This document shows positions 26,401-38,400 of a DNA stretch of 64,000 nucleotides, piece by piece. The DNA comes from Veleropilina oligotropha (Eukaryota), in NCBI GenBank assembly GCA_048128005.1, contig JBEUKZ010000127.1:124001-188000 (forward strand), given 5' to 3'. Position 1 is the first letter of the stretch. Every line of letters begins with the position of its first letter. The notes beneath the pieces are model-generated. The model saw only the letters and a program-made list of their open reading frames with translations. It was not told the origin of the DNA and did no database searches. The translations under genes were made by a program, and so were the position numbers.

Positions 26401-29400
26401 GTTCCTCATAGACACCGTGGACATCGGCTCGGTAAGTGTAGAGCGTTAAGAATTAGAACGATATTCCAGGCAGGTGGCCGTATGGTTCGGGTCGGCATTT
26501 CGAGCTCGTAGGATCGTATAAAATCCGATATCGTTCGGTCGCTAGATAGGCCAACATGGGCACGACACTGTTTTAACGTTGTCGCGATCGTTGCCCGATA
26601 GCCTTTAACGGCGGACACTGACATACCGCGGTCAAAGAGCGACGATAAAAACTCGATAAACTTGTTCACAGGGGGACGGAGAATATTGACCTGCCGGCTG
26701 TGACACCAATCCACGTACTTGACCCATCGGTAGTCATAAACTTTTGTCGTGGAAAGCCTTCTCGATCGGTAAATGCTAGCAAGGGATCGTTCGATAACCG
26801 CCAGGCGTGTTAACGTAAGTCGTTCGGCGATGGATGTAGTACACGGGTGCGCGGCTGCAGTAACAGGTCCGGTCTCTGCGGGAGCGCTAACGGTCGATCG
26901 ACGATCAGATCGAGGAGGGTCGGAAACCAAGGTTGCGTGCGATACAGGGGCGCGATTAGCGTTATCTCGCAACGTTCGTTCGATGCCTTCTGTAATACCA
27001 GTGTCAGAATGCACGACGGGGGGAAGGCATACGCGGACAGATTCTCCCATGTCATTGACAGTGCGTCGACCGCTACGGCGGCCGGGTCCGGGTATGGGGA
27101 GACATACAGAGGTAGTCGGTAATTGAATTCTGTTGCAAACAGATCGACTTGGGGTTGCGACCACCGGCGGCAAACGTCCCGAGCTACTCGGCTGTGTAGC
27201 GTCCACTCTGTGTGTATTATCTGTGATTTCCGAGAGAGCGAATCCGCTCTGACATTCAGCTTTCCCGGGATGTGTCGGGCTCGAATCGTCGAGTTGAGGG
27301 ACATCACTAGGCGGTGTAGGTCTATTGCTCGGTCGCAAAGGGGACGCGAGCGAGTGCCGCCCTGGTGCTGGATGTAAGCGACGACAGTCGTGTTGTCCGT
27401 GGCGAGCATTATGTGCTTGTTGCGGAGATGTGACGAGAGGGACCGTACTGACAGGTAGACGGCTTCTAACTCTAGGAAGTTGATATGTCGTCCCTGAAGG
27501 TCCGTCGGCCATAGGCCTGATGTCTCGTAACTGTCGAGGTGACCACCCCAGCCGTTGTTCGAAGCGTCTGTGAACAGGTAAGCGTTCGGCTCTGGCGGGG
27601 ATATAGGAACCGACTGGTCCGGCAAAGCAGGGTTCAACCACACTGCTGTTGTGCTGGTAAACCAATGCCGTAGATCGATGCGATCCGTCCACTGCCCCGT
27701 CCGTTGTATCCAGCGATCCCTGAACGCCTGTTGTAACGGTCGTTTGTCCATGCGACCCGTCGGTAGCAGGGTCGCTACCGACTCGATGTGCCCCAGGACA
27801 GTGGCCAGTTGTCGCGCCGTAGTTATGTCCGATGACAGGGTGTCTTGGATAACCGCGCGTAGGTTCCGCATACGCTTCTGGGTCGGCTTCGCGGTGTACC
27901 GGACCGTATCGAAGTCGACTCCGAGGAACGTAAACGTCGTCGAGGGCACGAAGCAGGATTTTACTCGTTGATCTGAAATCCCAGGCGCTTCGTCGATGAC
28001 AGGGTAAAGCCCGTAGACCGGAGGCACAGATCCCGGGACGCCCCGAGGATCAGCCAGTCGTCGAGGTACATATGTACCCTGTGCCCTAGAGAGTGTAGGA
28101 AGGCCCCTAGGGCCTGTACTGTTCTCGTGAAGACGTAAGGGGCTGACGATAGACCGAACGGTAGGCACCTGAATGGTAGATCGTCTCCCCGTGTATAAAC
28201 CGAAGGTACCGATGAGCCGTGATATGCATCGGGACATGCAGATACGCGTCGGTCAGATCGATAGACGCTGCCCAGTCGCCCGGACGGATGGCCGCTCGTA
28301 TCTTCGAGAGGGTTTCCTGCTGGAATTTCTCGGTACGAAGATATTAGTTGAGATACGAGAGATCGAAGATCGGTCGCTAGCGGCCCTCGGGTTTCGGGAC
28401 CAGGAAGAAATGGCTGTATTATCCTGGTGTGCTGGGCGGCGCGGGATATATTGCTCCTTGAGGAGTAGGTCCCGCACTGCCTGGTCTAAGACCGCTTGCT
28501 TCTCTCCGTATAGGAGGCGAGCGTGTCTTGGTGGTGGTGCCTCGTTTAGGGTCGGATGCCGGTTGAACCAACGTGTATCCGGCACTCACGACGGAGGGAC
28601 CCAGCTACTGTCTGGTAGTCTAGCCACGGCTGGCTGTACGCTAACAGATACGCTTCCACCGGCGGAAGCGGGCAGCTGGGATTGTCGTGTGTGCCGGCAG
28701 CCCTAGGGCCGAGGCGTCCCTCTCCCGCTCTGACGGGAGCTTGTTGGAGGTGCTTGCCTCTTCGGAGTGGGTTAATGGCCGGGGGCCTACCACCAGAAAA
28801 GGGCCATGCACGCTTGGAAGGCTTCGGGGTCCGGGTGGGCCCTGAATGCTTCCTCAAGTCGGCGGGTGGACCCCCGGGGGGTGCAGCACCGCCTACTCGA
28901 TGGTACGGTCCGTCAGGTCCGCCGCTCTCTGTCGACGAATTCCGAGAAATCGTCGCCAAATAGAGCGGTGGCCGAGCAAGGCACGCATCGCAATGAGCGC
29001 CGGGTGGCCTCATCTAGCGAGGTGTCTTTCAGGTAAGCGTCCCTACGAAGTAGGCGTTACCCAGGACACGTCCCGTCTCCAACGCGTTGGTCTCCATAAC
29101 GGCAGCAACCTCCTGGAGGAAGGACAGGGCAGCCCACGGGCGCCGGGTCCATCCCCCTGTAATACGGCTATCGCCCCGTCTAGGAAAAATCCTGAACGGA
29201 CGACAGCCGCAGAGCCCATCGGGCGGAGCTCTCGAAAGCTTCCAAGGCGAACCCAGGAACTCTCGCTACAGAGGGAGTGTGACTGGCGGTCAGTCAACGC
29301 AACGCTGCGTCAACACGAGCCGGCTCAGTCGCCAGGCACGGACCAGTACATGCGAACGGGATCGAACGCGAACTGGCCCGGAGGTACCTCCCACTACGGA

Positions 29401-32400
29401 ACCCCGAAGGGTACTCGGTCAGTGGGGAGGACTCCACCGGATTGCGCCCCCGACTGAAGCTTGGTTGTCGAGTCAACACCCGATCAACCAGCCCAGACTG
29501 AGGTAAGGAAGGAAGCAAGGGGGCTTCCTTCTCAACAAACCGATGCGCCGCCGTCCTGTGCTTGACCGGGCCTACATACGACCGAGTCGGTTCCGGCAGG
29601 TCAAGCACCCCGCGAAGTGACGCAACAGCGTCGAGTTCGGCGGGTGGTGGAGGTCGGCTCCTGTGTGCCTGGAAGACTACCAGCGTCTTCGGGCCCGACC
29701 GATACAGGGAGGTCGGAGTGAGTGGAGTCGAGGTCCTCGTCGGAACGAGGTTCGATCCCCACCACGGAGGCAGGAGCCGTGCTCTGCGCCACAGGCAGAG
29801 GTGTAGGTACCTGGAGCGGCTAGGAAGCCGGTTGCCAGGCCCGACATCGGGACTCGAACTCCGCCGCGAACATAGCCTGGACGTTCTCCAAAGAGAAACC
29901 CGGAGGCATGACGGGCGTCGAACTAACAGCCGGTAGTTCGGTCGAAGTCACCGTGGCGCTAAGTAGACGGGCTGCATGGACAGGTGTAGCCGAGAACCCT
30001 TTTTTTAGGGTCTCGGGACACGTGTCGAGTGGTCGAACCCGAAAGAACGGCCCGGAGGCGCGTTCGGTGGGCCGGACGACCGGTAGGACTGCGGCAACAG
30101 TCCGTATCGGTCTACCACTCTGTTCGCGAGAGGCACGGTCGGAAAACCGCCGTAGAACCCCTCACCGAACGCAGCCGGTCTGTCCACCTTCTCTAGCGTG
30201 ACCATCGTGGGTGCACGGGAGAGAACGGGCCCTCTGAAAAGCTTGTGAGCATCGAGGTTGAGCGGAAAACCCTTAGGGGTAGTCGCGTCGGTCTCGAACG
30301 AGGATTCAGGTGTCTCCAATTGTCCGGATCTTAGACCTTCGAAAAGGTGCCCGGCCTCTTTAAAGGCTTTCTCATTGGGTCGCTCCCTGTCGTTAAACGG
30401 AGAGTTTCCCGCAGAAGGACTAACTGCCCCCTTATTCTTCGAGGCCGAAGAAAGGGATGGGGAATGTCTGCCCTGTTCAGCGGTTCGCTGCGTTGCCAGA
30501 TATACCTTGCTAGCCGGCAAGGTATGGTTGGCTGCAGTTACTAGGCCCGTTTTAGGAGGATCGAACAGCACTCGGGCTCCTACCTGAATCTGGGGTCCCG
30601 GCAAAGTTACGGCGACTCCCCCATGAGTCGCGGAGGTTACGCCGGTAGATCCGGCGACAGACGGTATTCCTAGCCGAGAACCCTTTTTTAGGGTCTCGGG
30701 ACATTTTATGGTCGACTGTCGTCCAGCGTCCCTGAAGTAGACAAAAAAACGTTAATCCCTTTAACCTACCATTTTGTCCACTCTCGGGGGAGAACCCACC
30801 GTGGTAACCGCACTGGTCGCCTTCATCGGTGGATATACGATCGCCCACTGCCTGCTGTTAAATCTAGGCACAGTTCACATTTATAAGACTTATTGTCAGT
30901 TACGGTGAACACGGCATTCCGTGCGCCTAGAAATCCGTGAAACTTCGGGTTACACCCGGAGTTGCACCGGACCATACGTCCCTCTCCCTGTATACACGGG
31001 AGGGTAGTAGTGGGTGGAACGGGGTAGTTAAAAGTATATATTTGGTAGTTGTGACTATTTACTACGACAACTCTTAAAATTGCCCTGATCTGAAGATCAA
31101 AGATCAGGCGATATACCGCAAAAAACCCCGAACTGGGAACACCGAGGCCGGGTAATTACCCGACACGACCCGGTAAAAAACCCGGCAAATTGACTAGAAC
31201 AAACGGGGGTTTTCTCTTAGAAAAAACCGCCCCGAAAAACATATGAAAACCTCGTGGATGTTTTTATGTTAGTACAATGGCGTATTATCCCAGAAACGGC
31301 AGGATATCAGAAAAACGCAAGCGTGATATCAAAACGATCCTGCCTATTAACGACGCTAGAATTTTTATACAATAATAACCAGCAATAGCGTCGTTAAGGA
31401 ATTATCCAATATAATGAGTAACTTACCTGTTTGCAGTCTCAAACAATATCAGATAAAATACCGACCAGAATTTCGTCTACGACACGAAACTTCCCCTCTG
31501 AGCGGCCATGCTTTTCCCTGCAACAGCGGCGATGTCGGTTTCACTGATTTTCAGAACTTCTCGAAGCTTTAGAATCACAATCTTCCTTATAATTATTCAC
31601 ATGTGTTTATTATCCACAACACAGTGTAATTCCCCAACTTATATTATTTTCATGTATATAAGTTATATAGCGTCCTCGATTTAAACATATAAATCGTAGA
31701 CAATTCGAAATATTTGCGGAGCAAAAAACACGTCTTTCCGTCTCGGCGGAAAACTTTGAATTGAGGTCTTGTGATCTCGAGCTCGGATATCTCGCGAGAC
31801 TTGGCGAGATCTCGCCGGGGGAACTTAGAGAGCGGGAGCAGGGGAGGTAATCGTGGTACGTTTTGACTTAATAAGTGCCTAAATGTGACTTTATTCACTG
31901 TTTCCGGTTGGCGATAATATGACTATTATGGCAAGAGTAAGGACGTAAGTAAGTTTGTAACTACATATATTAATTAACTTTGTAGTAAAGGATCAACAAC
32001 ATAAACATGTAGTATAATTATCAAGAACAAGATAAAATAGTATTTTGCATCGATATATTGAAACATAATACATCTGGTTGTGTAAATTATAATACAACTC
32101 TCTTTTCTGGAGAAGGCCAAATAACCACATTTCCAAAATGGCTACCTTGAATATTGGATGGATGATTCTCTGCCTTCGATCCTCTCAGATAATATATGCG
32201 CATTTTAAATTTGTCGTTAAGTGATAACGAGATAATTTGACAAAATTCCATCATGACATACAGACAACCAGTTTGAATATCAAATAATCATTTTACACCA
32301 TTATACGGATCAACAAGAGGTCACATACATTTCAACAATGCTGGTTCCATGTCAACAGGCCCTACTGTTCTAGAGAAGTTATGATAGCATGATTTCAAAT

Positions 32401-35400
32401 CAAAATTTCTTCTATTGTGATCATTCTGAATTTAAGACAACATCAAATATCTTTTAATTTAGCACCAAATTACAGATAATGCCAGGAAATCCCATGTACA
32501 TGTACACTTCAACTTTCATTTTGCTATGTTTGGAACAATAGCGATGACATGAAAAGGTTGGAGGTCCGACAATATGCAATCGCATTTGACCATAAGAGCA
32601 ATTACATGATCACAGCAAACACTAGCAAAAAGATTATTTGCGAACATAAAGAACCTTGCATCAAAGTAGGTACATATGATACAAGTAATGTTTGTGTCAT
32701 CATTATCGTGGTCATCAACAGTGAATGCAGTCCTTAACCATGGTATCACTATACATACCGACTGAATGCAGCCCTTAACCATGGTATCACTATACATACC
32801 AACTGAATGCAGCCCTTAACCATGGTATCACTATACATACCAACTGAATGCAGCCCTTAACCATGGTATCACTATACATACCGACTGAATGCAGCCCTTA
32901 ACCATGGTATCACTATACATACCAACTGAATGCAGCCCTTAACCATGGTATCACTATACATACCGACTGAATGCAGCCCTTAACCATGGTATCACTATAC
33001 ATACCAACTGAATGCAGCCCTTAACCATGGTATCACTATACATACCAACTGAATGCAGCCCTTAACCATGGTATCACTATACATACCGACTGAATGCAGC
33101 CCTTAACCATGGTATCACTATACATACCAACTGAATGCAGCCCTTAACCATGGTATCACTATACATACCAACTGAATGCAGCCCTTAACCATGGTATCAC
33201 TATACATACCGACTGAATGCAGCCCTTAACTATGGTATCACTATACATACCAACTGAATGCAGCACTTAACCATGGTATCACTATACATACCAACTGAAT
33301 GCAGCCCTTAACTATGGTATCACTATACATACCAACTGAATGCAGCACTTAACCATGGTATCACTATACATACCAACTGAATGCAGCCCTTAACCATGGT
33401 ATCACTATACATACCGACTGAATGCAGCCCTTAACCATGGTATCACTATACATACCGACTGAATGCAGCCCTTAACCATGGTATCACTATACATACCAAC
33501 TGAATGCAGCCCTTAACTATGGTATCACTATACATACCAAATGAATGCAGCACTTAACCATGGTATCACTATACATACCAACTGAATGCAGCCCTTAACC
33601 ATGGTATCACTATACATACCGACTGAATGCAGCCCTTAACCATGGTATCACTATACATACCAACTGAATGCAGCACTTAACCATGGTATCACTATACATA
33701 CCAACTGACTGCAGCCCTTAACTATGGTATCACTATACATACCGACTGAATGCAGCCCTTAACCATGGTATCACTATACATACCGACTGAATGCAGCCCT
33801 TAACCATGGTATCACTATACATACCAACTGAATGCAGCCCTTAACCATGGTATCACTATACATACCGACTGAATGCAGCCCTTAACCATGGTATCACTAT
33901 ACATACCAACTGAATGCAGCCCTTAACTATGGTATCACTATACATACCAACTGAATGCAGCCCTTAACCATGGTATCACTATACATACCAACTGAATGCA
34001 GCCCTTAACCATGGTATCACTATACATACCAACTGAATGCAGTCCTTAACCATGGTATCACTATACATACCGACTGAATGCAGTCCTTAACCATGGTATC
34101 ACTATACATACCGACTGAATGCAGTCCTTAACCATGGTATCACTATACATACCAACTGAATGCAGCCCTTAACCATGGTATCACTATACATACCAACTGA
34201 ATGCAGTCCTTAACCATGGTATCACTATACATACCGACTGAATGCAGTCCTTAACCATGGTATCACTATACATACCAACTGAATGCAGCCCTTAACCATG
34301 GTATCACTATACATACCAACTGAATGCAGCCCTTAACCATGGTATCACTATACATACCAACTGAATGCAGCCCTTAACCATGGTATCACTATACATACCA
34401 ACTGAATGCAGCCCTTAACCATGGTATATCACTATACATACCGACTGACTTTTCCAAGCTGGATACGGCTAGTGTGACTTTTTGCACAGGATCAGCTGAA
34501 ATGAGGATACATAACCTTAATGCAATATGTGTTAATTTAAGGTGCAAATGATGCTGGCTGGTCGATGTTCTGATAACCTGTATATCAGCAGACATGGATG
34601 GTAATCAGTCAGTATTGTATATCATTTAATAATATTGTGTAAAGTATCTAAGAATCTCTTAACAGAATCAACACTTGTGACATTAATCTTCCACTTTTTG
34701 GAGTCGATTAAATCGTGATTAAACTAGCAAATCCTCGACCCTGCAGGGGGTGTATCCCCACCCACAGCAGCCAATCTTAAATTTAAAAATAACAATATTT
34801 TGTTATGCGTCGTTTCCTCATGATTACTAATTATAATGTGCATATCAAATTTGAATCAAATCGGATTAGTGCTTAGAGCATACATAATATCTGCAACGGC
34901 TGAACGATGACTAAACCATACTATCCCTGACTAGTGTCCGGGGATACAATAACACATATACACATATACACAGTGTCCTGTGAATACTTGAATACTTTTA
35001 AATATAAAATACATTGAATATCTATAATTAACACTTACAGCTCTCTGATTTCTTATTGTCGACGATGAACCGGTACCCATCAGGTGAACTTAATATACTC
35101 TGATCATTTTCTTGTGTAACGACATAATTATTTTTTTTGGCATTTTCTATAATTGTCGTAGAAGCAATCGTGATTCCCTAAAAAATACAAGTAGATTACA
35201 ATTGCTAATATATAAGACTTAAAGCGCATCTTATACTGTGTTAAAGTAAAATGAGGTTTTAAGGTAAACCTAATATTAGTTAAAACATACTTACGTCCTT
35301 ACTCTTGCCATAATAGTAATATTATCGCTAACCGGAAACAGTGAATAAGTCACATTATGCACTCTTTATAAGTCAAAACGTACCACGATCACCTCCCCTG

Positions 35401-38400
35401 CTCCCGCTCTCCTAAGTTCCCCCAGCGAGATCTCGCCAAGTCTCGCGAGACTTCCGAACCATCGAAGTCACAAGACCTCAATTCAAAGTTCAGAACCCCA
35501 AAGGAACTTAGTAGAGGGGAGGAATGCGAAGCAGGGTGGGTAATCGTGGTAAGGACGTAAGTATGTTTTAACTAATATTAGGTTTACCTTAAAACCTCAT
35601 ATGTAGTTACAAACTTACTTACGTCCTTACTCTTGCCAGAATAACCTTGGATAGGTGGGTAAGAAGTTCCTTACAGCAAACCCAAACAAGATAATGACTT
35701 ACTTTTCACCATGTCAATCAGCTCGAAGCGTCGATTGTGTCCGCCCAGAGTGGAATTTACTGAGAATTATATTCAACTCTTACCAAGCGAGAATTTCGAC
35801 CAGTGTTACCGGGAGAATACGCCGTGGTGTTAGTCGGACGAGGTGAACGGAAGTGCAATCAGCCCCAGGCACGGCCGGAAGGATGAATCACTGTAGGTCT
35901 TACGTGTCATGGGCCAGTGGCAGCCAAATGGTACTCCTGGCCAAAGGCCGGTAGCCAGAGGATGCAGTCGGATTTGTAAGCACACGGAACCTAATAGGTT
36001 GTGAAAGCGTGAAATCAAAAGCAAAGAATTAATAGATTATAATAAATAATCGATATTAATAATTGATTCGCATGACCAACTTGCGAAATGCTAACATGTA
36101 CGACATGTCACTTAAAATAAAATTTTAAGGAAGCAAATATGTACGACATGTTACTTAAAATAAATTTAAAGGAAGCAAATATTAAATTTTTTCAATGTCT
36201 TGAACATCGTATGGTCTATACAGCATAGAACATCAATAATATTGAACCTCAAATCTTATAAGTTTGTCGCAATATTTTTGTTTATTAAATTCAATGTAAT
36301 CTGGCATTGTCAATATACTCAGGTATGACATGAAAGTATCAAGATCTTAAAATGTTTTTAAGAAATGAACAGACATTGAATCGCCTCATAATGTGTCTAT
36401 TTCATAGAACAACGAGGCCAACAAAAAACAAAGCGTCAGCATGAATTATGTAAATTGATCAATCAACAAAATAATACTCACTGATTAGACGACCTCGGTC
36501 TAACAATACATCGTTGAGCAGTTACAAGGTAGACTGCACAAGCCATCAGCCGCATGGAACAATCCCCAGAAAAGGCTTAATAAAGACATTTTCGAGAGGC
36601 AACGCTGAGAAGTGAATCTGCGAAAACACGGACCTCGTGTGCGCGGAACGATACAAAAGTGCGGGCGGCCTACTTTTCACAGCGAGAGAAGTCTCTCACT
36701 ACCTGTGAAAACCTCCGCGAACAGTCGTCCATGAAATGTCGCGGATACAAGAAGGTAAATACGAATAAAATATACGTAGTTTTCTCTGCCACGCAGCACG
36801 GATCCTGTCGAGGTAGTAACGTAGGCACGCATATTACAGATTCATCGGTCCACATCGGGTCTCTGACCAGCGCTAGGGGATAACGATATCAGTTGCGTCG
36901 TCGATCGGCCGTTGATTCTTGGCGAGGTAACCCAAGATATGACGCCGCATCACCGACCCGTCGACTGGAAACGAACGTCTCGTAGCTCTGCCTAGACTAT
37001 GAAATACGGAACAACACCTGCCCGACGCTAAGGCGATCAGAAAAACCTGTTTTGTGCGTTAAGTTCCTCATAGAGGACGGGCCCATAGGCTAGTCGGGTA
37101 GAAGAGAGCGTTAAGAAATGAGAGCGATGTTTCAGGCTGGCCGAAGCGTACGGGTCGAAATTTGAGTTCGAGGGATCGCAGAAATCCACATAGTTCGGTC
37201 GCTAGGTAGGCTACCACGGGCACGGCACTCGCGACCGTTGCCCGATAGCTTTGACGGCGGACACTGACATACCGCGTTCAAAGAGCGACGATAAAAACTC
37301 AATAAACTTGTTCACAGGGGGCGGAGTATATTGACCTGCCGACTGTGACACCAATCCACGTACTTAACCCATCGGTAGTCATAAACTTTAGTCGTGGAAG
37401 CCTTCTCGATCGGGATGCGTAGGGCTGTTGTGCGAGAAATTCTTTTCTTAGCAAGGGATCGTTCGATAACCGCCAGGCGTGTAAACGTAAGTCGTTCGGC
37501 GATGTTGTAATACACGGCTGCGCGTCTGCATTAACCGGCCCGGTCTCTGCGGGAGCGATAACGGTCGGTCGACGATCAGATCGAGGAGGGTCGGAAACCA
37601 AGGTTGCGTGCGATATAGGGGCGCGATTAGCGTTATCAGCAACGTTCGGTCGATGCCTTCTGTAATACCAGTGTTAGAATGCACGACGGGGGGAAGGCAT
37701 ACGCGGACAGATTCTCCCATGTCATTGACAGTGCGGCGACCGCTAAGGCGGCCGGGTCCGGGTACGGGGAGACATACAGAGGTAGTCGGTAATTGAATTC
37801 TGTTGCAAACAGATCGACTTGGGGTTGCGACCACCGGGGGCAAACATCCCGAGCTACTCGGCTGTGTAGCGTCCACTCTGTGTGTATTATCTGTGATTTC
37901 CGAGAGAGCGAATCCGCTCTGACATTCAGCTTTCCCGGGATGTGTCGGGCTCGAATCGTCGAGTTGAGGGACATCACTAGGCGGTGGAGGTCTATTGCTC
38001 GGTCGCAAAGGGGACGCGAGCGAGTGCCGCCCTGGTGCTGGATGTAAGCGACGACAGTCGTGTTGTCCGTGGCGAGCATTATATGCTTGGTGCGGAGATG
38101 TGACGAGAGGGACCGTACTGACAGGTAAACGGCTTCTAACTCTAGGAAGTTGATATGTCGTCCCTGAAGGTCCGTCGGCCATAGGCCTGATGTCTCGTAA
38201 CTGTCGAGGTGACCACCCCAGCCGTCGTTCGAAGCGTCTGTGAACAGGTAAGCGTTCGGCTCTGGCGGGGATATAGGAACCGACTGGTCTGGCAAAGCAG
38301 GGTTCAACCACACTGCTGTTGTGCTGGTAAACCAATGCCGTAGATCGATGCGATCCGTCCACTGCCCCGTCCGTTGTATCCAGCGATCCCTGAACGCCTG

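Larger units (their letters stand above)
24582..31966 (-). mobile_element. DIRS1-type tyrosine-recombinase retrotransposon, copy 1 (in GLOD4 intron 5)
   Basis: ~200-bp inverted terminal repeats (24620-24818 / 31753-31950), unique terminal extensions, ICR at 24879-24968 complementary to both joined termini; overlapping Gag, RT-RNaseH-MT and YR frames; no true TSD. Confidence 0.96.

Noticed and set aside
25762..27260. Prophage or bacterial integrase plus Dam methylase (horizontal transfer or contamination)
   Set aside because: YR and MT are standard DIRS1 domains, here linked to RT/RNase H and enclosed by ITR/ICR.
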